From Catajapyx aquilonaris (taxonomy: Eukaryota), in contig KZ538067.1 in NCBI GenBank assembly GCA_000934665.2, forward strand, positions 62,001 through 126,000: 64,000 bases of DNA. Reading direction: 5' to 3'. The notes under the pieces are model-generated. The model worked only from the letters and a program-made list of their open reading frames with translations, made no database searches and was not told the DNA's origin. Position 1 is the first letter of the stretch; each line of letters begins with the position of its first letter. Shown here in pieces: positions 10,730-23,263 of the stretch. The position numbers and the translations under genes were made by a program.

Positions 10730-13043
10730 AAGTCCTCCATGGATGACTCTAAAATTTTTGGTCCTGTTGGTTTCCAGAGGATAGCGTCGTAGAATAAAAG
10801 CCACAGAATGCTACGAGACAGCCACCTACAGAGGCGTGTTATCTTTCCGAAATTATTTCACCATTTTATCATATTCAGCAACAGAAGAAAATAACCATTA
10901 ACAAGAAGATTTACCTCCAACCATTGGCAGTCCATTATGGGATGTTGCTAAAATTTCCGTTCCTGGTGGTTTACATCGGATAACAGCACAGAATGCTACT
11001 AGATAGTCACCTCCAGAGGCGTGTTATCCTACCGAAATTATTACCAGTTTACCATATGCAGAAACAGAAGAAGAAGAAAAATTAACAAGAAGCATTACCT
11101 CTAACCATTGGCAGTTGTTCATGGGATGTCGCTAAAACTTCCGGTCCTGGTGGTTTCATTCGGATAACACCGCATAATAAACGCCACAGAATACTACTAG
11201 ATAGTCACCTCCAGAGGCGTGTTATCCTTCCGATATTATATCACAAGTTTACCATATTCAGCAACAGAAGAAGAAGAAGGAGAAGAAGAAAAATTAACAA
11301 GAATCATTACCCCTAACCATTGGCAGTCCTTCATGGGATGTCGTTAAAATTTCCGGTCCTGGTGGTTTCAATCGGATAACACAGCAGAATAAACACCACA
11401 GAATTCTAGTCACCTCCAGATGCGTGTTATCCTTCCGCTATGATATCACCAGTTTACCATATTCAGCAACAGAAGAAGAAGTAGAAGAAGAAGAAGAAGA
11501 AGAAGAAGAAGAAGAAGAAGAAGAAGAAGAAGAAGAAGAAGAAGAAGAAGAAGAAGAAATTAACAAGAAGCATTACCCCTAACCATTGGCAGTCCTTCAT
11601 GGGATGTCGCTAAAATTTCCGGTCCTGGTGGTTTCAATCGGATAACACAGCAGAATAAACGCCACAGAATTCTAGTCACCTCCAGATGCGTGTTATCCTT
11701 CCGCTATTATATCACCAGTTTACCATATTCAGCAACAGAAGAAGAAGAAGAAGAAGAAGAAGAAGAAGAAGAAGAAGAAGAAGAAGAAGAAGAAGAAGAA
11801 GAAGAAAAATTAACAAGAAGCATTACCCCTAACCATTGGCAGTCGTTCATGGGATGTCGCTAAAATTTCCGGTACTGATGGTTTCCATCGGATAACACCA
11901 TGGAATAAACGCCACATAATGCTACTAGACAGTCACCTCCAGAGGAGTGTTATCCTTCCGCTATTATATCACCAGTTTAACATATTAAGCGACTGAAGAA
12001 GAAAAAACCAGTAACAAGAAGATCTACATCTAACCATTGTGTCCATCATGGGATGTCGCTAAAATTTCCGGTCCTGGTGGTTTCAATCGGATAACACGGC
12101 AGAATAAACGCCACAGAATGCTACTCGATAGTCACCCCCAAAGGCGTGTTATCCTTCCGAAATTATATTACTAGTTTACCACGGATATTCAGCAACAGAA
12201 GAAGAAGAAAAATTAAAAAGAAGCATGACCTCTAACCATTGGCAGTCCTTCATGGGATGACGCTAAAATTTCCGGTACTGATGGTTTCCATCGGATAACA
12301 CTGCAGAATAAACGCCACATAATGCTACTAGACAGTCACCTTCCGAGGCGTGTTATCCTTCAACTATTATATCAATTATATCACCAGTTTAGCATATTCA
12401 GCAAGTGAAGAAGAACAAATCCAGTAACAAGAAGATTTACATCTAACCACTGGGTCTTTCATGGGATGTCACTAAAAGTTCCGGTCCTGGTGGTTTCCAT
12501 CTGATAACACCGCGGAATAAACGCCACAGAATTCTAGTCACCTCCAGAGGCGTGTTTTCCTTCCGAAATTATATTACCAGTTTACCATATTCAGCAACAG
12601 AAGAAGAAGAAAAATTAACAAGAAGCATTACCTCTAACCATTGGCAGTACTTCATGGGATGTTGCTAAAATTTCCGGTCCTGGTGGTTTCAATCAGATAA
12701 CACCGCAGAATAAACGCCACAGAATTCTAGTCACCTCCACAGGTGTGTTATCCTTCCGATAATATATCACCAGCTTACCGTATTCAGCAACAAAAGAAAA
12801 CACCATTAGCAAGAAGATTTACATCTAGTCATTGGCAGTCGTTCATGGGATATCGCTAAAATTTCCGGTCCTGGTGGTTTCCATCAGATAACACCGCAGA
12901 ATAAACGCCACAGAATACTACTAGACAGTCACCCCCAAAGGCGTGTTATGGTATCCTTCCGAAATTATATCACCAGTGCATCATATTCAGCAACAGAAGA
13001 AAAAAAAGGATTAACAAGATTTACGTCTACATATTGGCAGTCC
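10730..13043. repeat. Tandem satellite, ~11 units of ~185-265 bp with embedded (GAA)n
   Basis: Anchor motif AAAATTTCCGGTCCTGGTGGTTTC recurs near 10751, 10950, 11134, 11346, 11612, 11862, 12061, 12265, 12474, 12667, 12858. Confidence 0.95.
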
Positions 13044-14460
13044 TATATAAATCACTAGCGTTTTATATATTCCTAAAACACAAAAACATCATTAAATTCC
13101 TGTTATAAAATAATCATAATTATGTGTTTGAATTTCTTGGGGTACCATCTATGAGGAAGGCAGAAGTAATTCCCATAACATGAAGTTATCAGTAAGCTGT
13201 TACATCTGGGACACGAGTCACTGCTGACTGATTCTCGCTTATAATCGATATCAAGAAGGAATGCTCATTCCTTCTGTTGGCTTTATTTGGCTGTGTGCTC
13301 AAGAAAATCAAAATTAGGCTTTTATAGAGTATAAGGCTTTAAGCTCTACATGGTAGGTACCTGTACTTCCATCTTAACCAAGGACAGTGCTGTATACGAG
13401 AGTTATGTAATAACAGTATACCCCAGCTCCCGGGAATAATTAATGAATTAAATTTAATATATTAATAGTAACCTGACAATAATTATTACAAGTTGAAGGT
13501 TTTCATGGAATACGTATACCGGTACAGTGTGAGTCTAAATCGCAGTCTAAATTGTATGGTAAGAAATGGCAAGAAACAAACCAGAATCGTAGATGACTAT
13601 GAACATTTTAATTGGATCCCCCTCAGACACATGAAGCCTTAACATCATCCTGGATCCTTTGCAAAGGTAAGCCCCAAATGTAGGCCTCGTCATGGTTTTC
13701 GGTTACTGTCATCTACTGTATATAGACACCAGTTGGCTCCTCAACATTTCTGACTTCTACGTTTTTGTATTTGTTTGGTGCTAATGTGGACACTCGTGGC
13801 TGGATTCTCTCACGCTGTATCATGTTTTGCGAACCAATACCATACATTTTAAAAATAAATAATATACATACTCGTATGATCATATTATCAAAAGAGTACA
13901 AACGTGATGATAATCCTGGGCCATCTCAAGAGATTTTCCCTTTTTATATCTGCTGAAAAGATGCTGCTGTAGCAGGAAAGGAAGGACACTTAGAATGATG
14001 ACAAAAAATGGTGACGCAAAAAAATAATGTGAACTACTGTACTCTAATAGTTATTTCGGGATTCACATAGGTGGTGGGTATCACTCATAATTATATACTG
14101 TATAAACTGCAAAGTGTAAATTGAAATTCGAACGTTATTTTATTTTAAGTCAATAATATCAGTGTACATCACTTTGTAATAAAAATAGCCTCAAACGAAT
14201 ACATCATTTTAGTAGAATGATTAACTTAACCTTGCCAAATAGTGTCACGCGTTAAATTTGTAATAAATGTTGCATACTGTTGCAGTTAATCGTGTAAGAA
14301 TTATAATCCATACTATATTTCTTTTTCTCATTCTCCGTCATTGTCATTCCCTCCACCTGGAAGAAAAAGAAAAGTTCCGCGTTTTATTATTGTGTTGTCT
14401 TTATCCATACACTATATTCTAACCCTATAAAAAAAATAGGTCCCTACAGGAACAGAAATA

Positions 14461-15222
14461 CAGTAGGGGAGAGGGCTGTACCTTGAGTACAATGTACCTT
14501 GGAACACTCAATGTACCACAGCTCGTGTTGACATGTACCGGCCACTTTCTGAATCAAAGGATGCATATGCCCCATAGTTGGAAGCAGACCCTAGCAGGTA
14601 GCCATTTTGGAGGTAGTGAGTGGCGGAGGTGTTTTTTCATACTCAAAAGTAAGTTTTTTGGCAGGCCTTTTGTCGATTATTGCTCCTGTCATATAACAGA
14701 TTTGTAGTAGATGAAGTTCTGCTCTGAAGTGTACACCAATAGTCTACAGTGCTGAATCATTATTACCTACCAATCATGTAATGCACGAAAGAGAGGCAAG
14801 TTCATTTCTAAAAGTAGCCCTGCATGTACTGTACCTTGGAACACATCAGCTAGGGTGTTGTGTCAGGGTGTCATCAAGAATAGTGTTCAAAATTGGCTTT
14901 GAAAAGAATGAAAACTACAACGTGAAATAAAATATTTGCATTGTTGAGCCTAATATCATGCTGGAAAATAAATTGTTCCAAGGATACATCAGATTGTTCC
15001 AGGGTACATCAGCATGTTGTACCATGGAACATTTGCAACACTATCACATATTAATTATTTTTAGTAAAGTTATTAGTGACATACAAAATGAGTAAGTTCC
15101 ATTGTGTGGGCAACAATATGCTTTATACATGGACAGTTTCACATGTTGAAAACATGAACAACTTTACTAAATAAAAATAAATGTTGAAAAAGTGTTCCAT
15201 GGTACAGCCCTCTCCCCTACTG
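14461..15222. mobile_element. pogo/Tigger-like non-autonomous element
   Basis: TIR CAGTAGGGGAGAGGGCTGTACC / GGTACAGCCCTCTCCCCTACTG, left TA; internal GGAACA/TGTTCC repeats. Confidence 0.8.
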
Positions 15223-15326
15223 TTGTGAGGAAAAGGATAGGTTCATATTGTCACAAAGCTAATAAACAAAAATGCAGTTTTCTTAATAGGATAAGTGGGT
15301 TCAGATTATTGTTTCTTTGCCTAAAT

Positions 15327-15631
15327 CCGGATCTCACAAACCTTCTACTTGTACGTATAATTATTCGGTTATTATGATCTCATGACTGTTGCTCACATTA
15401 CATCAGTACATGAGTTGATGAGCAGACAAATAATATTTTAAAACAGCATACCATTATAGACAATGCCAGATATTTACAATTTCTTTAACTCGGAGTGTAT
15501 ATGTATAGTCTATACTCGTTGAATGAGCCTCCATCTTCATAAATATTTAACCAATGTGTGTCTGGCACTTCGCCGGGAGATCATAATAACCGAATAATTA
15601 TACGTACAAGTAGAAGGTTTGTGAGATCCGG
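15327..15631. mobile_element. Fold-back MITE with ~55-bp perfect TIRs
   Basis: CCGGATCTCACAAACCTTCTACTTGTACG... and exact reverse complement ending at 15631. Confidence 0.8.
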
Positions 15632-15907
15632 TGATAGTTATTGGGAAATTTAATTTGAGAAAGAATGCATTAAAGCCAGAGTGTGAGCAGCCGAGCAGGG
15701 TGGACGCACAGTGGGTCGCTGTCGTCTCCCTGGTGAGTTGCAATGAGTGCTGTGTACTCCTACCTGGTTGGGCATTAAAGCAAAGCGTAACGAGGCAGTC
15801 TGTGTTCTGATTATGGAATCGGCATACAAGGTAACCTTTGACCTCTGAGGTCACACACTCTGGCTTTAATGCATTCTTTCTCAAATTAAATTTCCCAATA
15901 ACTATCA
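15632..15907. mobile_element. Fold-back MITE with ~55-bp perfect TIRs, abutting the previous element
   Basis: TGATAGTTATTGGGAAATTTAATTTGAGAAAG... / ...CTTTCTCAAATTAAATTTCCCAATAACTATCA. Confidence 0.8.
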
Positions 15908-16062
15908 TTAATTGGATATTAAATGCTCGAGTCCTTGCAAGAAGTGTTTCATCCTCAATATTCCAAAGTGCAGCAGAAAATCTTTCTAATCCTTCAACAG
16001 TCATATACTTTTCAGTATGGTATGTTCAAACAAAATTAAATTAAAAAGCATTTTGTGTAATT

Positions 16063-16314
16063 GAAGGGGTTGGTGCAATACTGCCCTAACCCTCCCAAAC
16101 CTGATTTTGAGAAAAATGCAGTTGGAAGTTTGAGAGGCCATATACATCCCATATACCGTGTGACTTATTTCATTTGATTTCTCAGTGACCAATGGCAGAA
16201 ATTGCACAATTATTTCAATAGATTTTATTAGATACATGAGTGTAATATATGGAAGTGTGCTTAACTCATTTTGTGTCATTTGGTGGGTTAGTGCGGTTTT
16301 GCACCGACCCCTTC
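16063..16314. mobile_element. MITE with GAAG...CTTC termini and AATT TSD (Sola-like)
   Basis: AATT|GAAGGGGTTGGTGCAA...TTGCACCGACCCCTTC|AATT; 252 bp. Confidence 0.75.
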
Positions 16315-16516
16315 AATTATTGCTTGTTTTTTCCCATAATGACTGGCCTTTTTTGTAATATTTATATGCTTATGCATTTTTTGTAGGCCTGCTACACAGA
16401 TTCACCTAAGTTAATTTGTATCTCAAAACTCAATTTCCTGTTCCTAACCTAACTCTGGAAACATGACTAGAAAAACCTGCAACATTTATCATACATTATC
16501 ACTGCATGGACTAGAC

Positions 16517-16709
16517 CACCTGGGTCTCTCAACTTTTGTTCCCTTGTAACCCTTAAAATAATACTGATGTCTCAGGGAACCCCTACATAAAAATTATTCT
16601 ACCTCAAGTAATGACTTTAAAAAAACATTTACATATGACTAGTCTATTCATCACTATTTCTCATGGATCCCCTGGTGATTGCTTGCAGAACCTTGGTTGA
16701 GAAACCCTG
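16517..16709. mobile_element. hAT (Charlie-like) MITE
   Basis: 8-bp TSD GACTAGAC on both sides; right end GGTTGAGAAACCCTG, degenerate left end. Confidence 0.75.
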
Positions 16710-16886
16710 GACTAGACCATTTATGGTGGGACAGTGCTCAAGTCCACATCCAAAAAGAAGATAAAGGAAAAAAAAAGTATTAGATTCTTTACTCAATAAA
16801 CTATAGTATAAAAAGAATAAAGAGAAGCAACAAAGCCACATCCATATTCGGTCATGATTGTTGTCTTTAACTGATTGCTGGGGAAA

Positions 16887-17251
16887 GGGGGAGGCACGGT
16901 GGCCGAGATGGTAACGTCTCGGCTTGCTAGGCGAAAGGTCCCGGGTTCAAATCCCCACCCGGGAACAAACCTTTCGCTTGCCTCAATGGGTCGTGACCCG
17001 CGCCTAAGGAGGCGTCTTAACAACCTGACCTCCTGGGGGACTGCACCTGGCCCACCGCTGGACAATGCACCTGCACGTGTCCCCTCCCCAAATCCCCAAC
17101 CCTTACCCTATTTCCTAGTAATCCTTGCACCGGTGTCTGAAGAAAAAAATAATAATTAGAAAACTGTATGGTGGTCCGCCACCCCCCTATAACGACCAAG
17201 TGTTGTATCACGGGATAAAATAAGTAAATAAATAAATAAATAAATAAATAA
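16887..17251 (+). mobile_element. tRNA-derived SINE, family A
   Basis: A-box TGGCCGAGATGG, B-box GGTTCAAATCC, (TAAA)n tail, 14-bp TSD GATTGCTGGGGAAA. Confidence 0.92.
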
Positions 17252-18356
17252 GATTGCTGGGGAAAAGAGCTTCTCCCCTGCCTCTATGGTTGGACTATGG
17301 CCTTGAACAATGCACTGCTCTGATGCACATTAATTATTATTTTTCGTTAACTAAGCAAGAAAATTATAGTCATAAGTGTGATTATGACAATCTTACCATT
17401 TTTGGATTTTTGGCGTTTGCCAAAGATAGGCCCACAGATGAACTTGTCACAGAGAACTGGTATGGGCAAAACAAAAACACAGAAGACATACCTGCATGCC
17501 AGCCCTGCAAAAGGAAAACCAGAGGGTTGCAATTATGTAGACTTAGTCAAATCCGCCTCATTTAGGGCCGCGTTTAGGACTATTGTATCAATACAAATGA
17601 AGTTAATAATCTCTGCACAGGTTTCACAGTACAAAATCAGAAATTTTAACTTAATTTGAACTGATTGAACTAGACAGATCCTCAAACTTACTTCCGGCAG
17701 TCTTCCCGGCTCCATCAGCAAATTTTGTCATTTCAGAACTCATCAGAAGTAAAACCATAAAGGCAGTCAGTAGTTTATTGGCCTTCATGTCGAATTCGGC
17801 CCCTGCTTACTCCAGTAGGTTAGGCAGAAAACTGACAATAGAAAGCCTATAGCCGATTGTGAAGGATTTGCGCATTGGTACACATAATACGAGCAAATTG
17901 CTTCCTTGCATCACTATCTATTGTGATGTGTGTGGCTCTTTTGTTTTACCACATTCCAGCTGACATAGATTATATGGAACACCTGACCTAATATGACAGT
18001 CACACAGATGCTATACCTACTGAATAGGCTAATAGCATTAAGAGAAAATGCTGGGGTATGCAGAATAACTGATTTTAACAGATGGTTGGCGAAAAAGCCC
18101 GATCATATCCAACTAATAACTAAGGCCTTCAGCATTTGCATGTACCACAAAAATGTTTGGGCACATACAGCTTTAGTTTAAATCTTCCCACTGCAGGATG
18201 TTATGTACTGTACACTGAGTCCAACCTATGATAAATTCCTGGTCACTAAAATACCATGTACCTTTATTCAGAGAGGGCCTATGTGGCACTGTCGGTGTCT
18301 CGGAGACTGCCTGTTACACCTAATTAATTCACAGTTTAAATGAAAACTCTGTGGCA

Positions 18357-18561
18357 AGGGTCGAAAGATTCGGATGCAAAGGTGTAATTTGCACTCCAAA
18401 ATTGTCATCTGCACTCCAAACTGAGCTTTGGAGTAAAAGTTCGCACTCCCAATTGGCTCTGCTTTTAAACATGTCTATACCCAGTAATTAAACATTAAAC
18501 CAGATTAAAGTCTGGGGTGCAAACTTTGCATCTGGACAAAAGTTTTTAAATTAGACCCCTG
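18357..18561. mobile_element. hAT-like MITE
   Basis: AGGGTC...GACCCCTG ends, 8-bp flanking duplication CTGTGGCA, internal TGCACTCC repeats. Confidence 0.6.
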
Positions 18562-18857
18562 CTGTGGCAACACCTTCACAGCTGAAATTAAAGAGGCACG
18601 TCACATGGAAGGGTGCACACTTGCCATGATATTTTGTACTCCTGTTTGGAGCCCATTATCTTGGTAACGAGGCTGCACAGTCCAAACGCAGAACCTCATT
18701 TACATAAGTGAACCTTTGGTGCTGCTCACGAACTCACCCCCAAGAAATCTGTTTGAACCATTATGAAACACCTGCATAAAGTATGAGTACGTACATTAAT
18801 GAATGCCACCTGCTACGTAATGATAGATATGATTTTATGGCAGTGCAATTTGTGTCT

Positions 18858-18861
<4 letters not shown>

Positions 18862-18940
<79 letters not shown>
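18862..18940. repeat. (TA)n microsatellite
   Basis: ~40 TA units. Confidence 0.98.
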
Positions 18941-18943
<3 letters not shown>

Positions 18944-19217
18944 GTATCTCAGCACTTCCCACCGCTACACTTTAGACTTGCTTTTGGCCAATGGTCTAGT
19001 CACTGGCAATCCTTCGCCTACATCAGTTCTGATGCACCCTGTGCTGTATAATGCTGTTGAGTGATATTTTTCAAGGGTTTTAAAATTGCATCATTTGATC
19101 ATTGTTGCTGTGTAGTATGTAGAATCAACCAACTGTCTATTTTGAGCAGTCAATGAAGGTACACCACATACAAAATGTCCAGTGAAAAACAGCTCAGTAT
19201 TTATGTGTTAAGTTATA

Positions 19218-20033
19218 CAGGGTGATTCTCTCGAATCCAAACCCAAACATTTCTCAATGACTTTTTAATTTTTGTATGGTTCTCAATGAAAATTTACATG
19301 TACTTTTTTATTTTATTTTTTACGTCACCCCGTGATAGGGCCATAAATTGACATGTACTTACTTTGTATGATGCCAAACAAGGTCTGCATAGACCCTAGA
19401 GAATATGCTGAAAGTGGTCCCCTCCAGCATCCAAAATCTTTTTAATGTGAGTCTGCATATTGGTATAGTATATGTGGGCATTTTTGAGGTAACGAACCAA
19501 GGTTCGGATGATTTTTTAAACTTTCATTGTGATTTGCCGTGCTTAGGGAAAACATTTGGGGATTCTGCTTTTTCTGTCGACCAGGTAGAGAGGACTGCAT
19601 TTTACCACAAATCTGACACAAATGGATCATTCGATAGCGCCAGAGGAGAGAGAACAAAACCGTTATTGTTCGAGGGTTATTTTTGTATACGCAGCCCTTC
19701 AACAAACTCCGCGAGAAAAAAAAACAACAACCCATCATACCCCAAAACGAATTGGACTGTTCCCGTGGCAATTGATGCTCTCAAAGACCCCTTACAGTGC
19801 GCGGCGGGCGGGAGATTGATGCCATCCCCGCTGCCACATCTGCAGAAGTCTTCGGCAATATGCAGACTCCCATTAAAAAATTCTTGGATGCTGGAGGGGA
19901 CCACTTTTGGTATATTCTTTAGTCAGACCTTGTTTGGAACAAGGTAAGTACATGTCAATTTTCATCGGGAACCATACCACAGTTAAAAAGTTATTGAGGA
20001 ATGTTTGGGTTTCCATTCGGGAGAATCACCCTG
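19218..20033. mobile_element. Tc1/mariner-type MITE with long TIRs; an extra right-end copy extends to 20435
   Basis: TA|CAGGGTGATTCTC...GAGAATCACCCTG|TA with ~200-bp imperfect arms; second GAGAATCACCCTG|TA at 20435 is interrupted by a Helitron. Confidence 0.8.
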
Positions 20034-20102
20034 TACAAGGTCAGTGTACTGTATATCAATTTTCATTGAGAACCATACAATAATTAAACAGTTATTAAGG
20101 AA

Positions 20103-20403
20103 CTAGCAGGTTACCCGGCGTTGCCCGGGTAAGTTATGGTGGTAGGCCTACAATGTAATGAGGGCATTACCATGGAAATCTATGAATATTGTTAAATAGG
20201 TAATTGCAATTGGTTAATTGGGAATATGCGTGTTATGGGTGTTAGGTACATTTTCGGAAGCTGAAACATGCGGCATTAAATTCCTTGAAAAATGTAACTC
20301 CCGATATGCTAATTTAAGGCGGTGTAGGGGCCTTCCCCCCGATTTCTATAAGGGACAAACAAACTGACAAATTGACAAACTTCCTTATTTATAGAGAGAG
20401 AGA
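20103..20403 (-). mobile_element. Non-autonomous Helitron (short copy)
   Basis: On -: A|TC start, 3' hairpin CCCGGGCAACGCCGGG followed by CTAG|T, no TSD; homologous to 42653-43520. Confidence 0.85.
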
Positions 20404-21743
20404 TATTTGGGTTAGGATTCGAGAGAATCACCCTGTATAACAAAAAAAACTTCAGCTTTTTAAGCAGTAATACTGTACACTGTACAGTATATGCAGTTAT
20501 TTCGCTTAACTGAAAAAAATCTATATGCCAAAAAGGCCCCAGATAGAGTACACAATAATATTATTCATCATCTAGGCATAAACCAGCAAGCTACAGATAA
20601 GATGGGGAAAAAAATGCAACGTCTCATTCATATCCCACCTTGCTCTGTGATTCATTACGTCAGGTTTTCACAATAAATTATTGTATGGTTATTTCCCCCG
20701 CACATTTGATATCTGCCTACCCACTTGTAAATTAGGTCACACCCCATGTTGACATAGTGGATCTAATATGAAAAATCAGAGCATGAGTGTATTTGCGTTC
20801 AGGTGCACTTAGGTAGCATTCCTACCACTAACACAGTATTTGGTGATTCTTCTTTGGCTGACCATGACATTTGAGTAGTCACAAAATGCAGAATTACAAT
20901 GATTAAAAGGAGGGCATTCATTTTGAATTAAATGCTCTGTTGTTGTTCCATTTGCTGTGCTTGATGTGATAATTATAAGGCCAATGTCTCTCTTTCTCTC
21001 TCTCTCCCTCCCTCTCAATGGGCACACTCGAGCACACTGTAGATGCCCTCTACTTATCAGACTATGCCACATAAATCATGGAATATGTAACAGTTGCACA
21101 TGTGGTTCAATACTATTGTTACTATCATATGCTCAACATGACTGCATGAAACACATTTATTCTTGCAGCATTATTAGGCATCTGCAGGCAGCCCAGTTTA
21201 TGGCATTCTTACACCATACATATGGCAGATCTTGATTGTGTTATGCTGTATAGCATAGTAACAATAGCCAATTTTGTGAAAACTCAAATAAAAATTACAA
21301 GCTTCTGATTATTTAGCGAGTGATGAGTGATTTTGTTAATTTTCAAAAATGATTAAAAGATTTTTTCCAGGATCATTGTTGGCTCATATTGTGATACTCT
21401 TCAGTGAGAATGTTGACAATAATACTGGATAAAACGTGATCCCCAACTGAGAAATCTGTATTTGAAAATCATCTTCCTTCAAACTTCAAATGGCCATGGA
21501 ATGCATTAGGAGAATTTTAAACTCATTACATTTTAAATAGAAATGACAAAAGCATTTTTTGGGGTTGCAAATTGTCCCCAAAATTTATGCTAATGAAGTT
21601 AAGGTATAATTGATTGATTGACTGACTAATTATACTTTTTATGGAGCATCAGCAGCAGTGGCTATACACTATCAAAATATTAATAAGGTATGTAAATTAT
21701 TATTGGTTTCCTTCCAACTGCACAATACCTTACAAATTAATTA

Positions 21744-22093
21744 CAGGAAGTCCCCAGTCTACGAACAGGAATACATTCCTGAGAATGTCTGTAAGTCGGA
21801 TTTGTATATTACTTGGAGCCCTTATGAACAGTGCATACATGGTGATGATAATAATAGCTGCTGCAACAAAGAACATAACATGTGAATTTCGTTATATGCA
21901 CAGAAGAAAGTAGTTTCCAAATTATTTAGTAATTATACAGTATTCATGTTGAGCTTGGTGTTGGTCAACATAAGCAGAAGTGTTTGAGAGTGGAGGTATA
22001 AAATTATAAGTTATGCTTAAGGGGAGCCTTGGGAGCCCATTCGTATGTACAGATCACGGTAAATCGGGCTGTTCGTAAACCAGGGACTTCCTG
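21744..22093. mobile_element. Tigger/pogo-like MITE
   Basis: TA|CAGGAAGTCCCC...GGGACTTCCTG|TA; homologous to 25712-26056. Confidence 0.85.
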
Positions 22094-22148
22094 TATTTTC
22101 CCATTGGGATAATTCCATGGGAACAGAGACATGATCCCCCAAAAAAAT

Positions 22149-22500
22149 GGGGAGGTGTGGTGGCCGTGATGGTAACGTCACGGCTTGCTGAGTGAAAGGC
22201 CCCAGGTTCGATCCCCGCCTGGGGAACTTTCCCTTCACCTGCGTCGGGAGGGTCTCTGACCTGCACCAAGGAGGTGTATGGCAACCTAACCTCCTGGGGG
22301 ACAGCACATGACCCATTTGTAGATATTGCACTTGCACCTATGTTCCCTCCCCCAAAAATCCCTACCCCTACCCGACATCCTTGACTCCTTGCACCGGTGA
22401 ATGAAGAAAAAGTGTAATACACAGAGAAAACTGATGGTGGTGTGCCACCCCCCAAAGAGGCCTTTGATGCCTAGCACGGGGTATTAAAAAAAAAAAAAAA
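22149..22500 (+). mobile_element. tRNA-derived SINE, family A
   Basis: A/B boxes, poly-A tail, TSD GACATGATCC..AAAAATG. Confidence 0.9.
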
Positions 22501-22573
22501 GACATGATCCAAAAATGAAGTCGCTCATTGTGAGTGGTAGATGGCTTATTGAAAGCAGGTCATTATGTCATTA

Positions 22574-22909
22574 CAGTAGAACCCCAATTATCCATAACCC
22601 ATGGGACCAGGGTATGGTCAGATAATCCGAAGAGCAAAGGAAACTTGAATTAAACACAACAACAAAAAAATCAAGAAAACCATAATATTGTACATTATTT
22701 AATAATGTACAATATTATGGTTTTCTAAGAAATAGTGAAGTAGGCTATTTATCTTCTACATAGACACTCTGCTGCTTAAAATTTAACTAAGGCAATGCAA
22801 AACAAATGCTTAGTAGGCCTGCATTACAGTATTTGATGAGAAAACATAGATTTATTGCTGGAGCAGGACGGTCGGATAAGCAAGGGGTCGGATAATTGCT
22901 GTTCTACTG
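22574..22909. mobile_element. Tigger-like MITE (CAGTAGAAC termini)
   Basis: TA|CAGTAGAAC...GTTCTACTG|TA; homologous to 28220-28537. Confidence 0.8.
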
Positions 22910-22930
22910 TACGTATGTCATATGCATTAA

Positions 22931-23263
22931 GGGAGACGGAGTGGCGCCGCGGTAACGTGTGCGCCCACGGATGTTAAGGTCCCGGGTTCGATCCCAGCCC
23001 GGAGACACCTCCTTCATCTCGTGCAGAGTTCTGGGGTCGTCTCTGGCTTCGTCTCAGGTGGTATATCCACAGACTATACCACCCGGGAGTTCACAAAACG
23101 ACCAAGCACCGTTACCGCACTGCACTTGCACATCCCCTCCTGTCATCCTGCCCGTGGGCCCAGGAGTGTTACATTACAATGTACTGTACAACTTATTAAC
23201 AAATAAAGGTCTGTGCTGATACCGATAAGGTGAGCACTATACCCAACAATTATTATTAATTAT
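22931..23263 (+). mobile_element. tRNA-derived SINE, family B
   Basis: A-box TGGCGCCGCGG, B-box GGTTCGATCCC, (ATT)n tail, 16-bp TSD TATGTCATATGCATTA. Confidence 0.9.

Noticed and set aside
10730..13043. CRISPR array or hammerhead-ribozyme satellite
   Set aside because: Whole units are homologous (no unique spacers), the context is eukaryotic and there are no cas genes. The CTGATGG...GAAA seen on - in some units lacks a pairing stem II and is not conserved across units.
13499..13666. Further HMG-gene exon (SKLYGKKWQE or VFMEYVYRY frames)
   Set aside because: Weak acceptor and no convincing in-phase continuation from exon 3; the HMG box is already completed by 10571-10709.
16887..16965. Functional tRNA genes at SINE heads (also 22149, 22931, 31618, 50846, 56313)
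   Set aside because: No clean cloverleaf; each continues into a shared body, a simple-repeat tail and TSDs, so these are SINEs.
19405..19947. 180-aa ORF as a transposase
   Set aside because: Lies inside a fold-back MITE and shows no HTH or DDE/D motifs.
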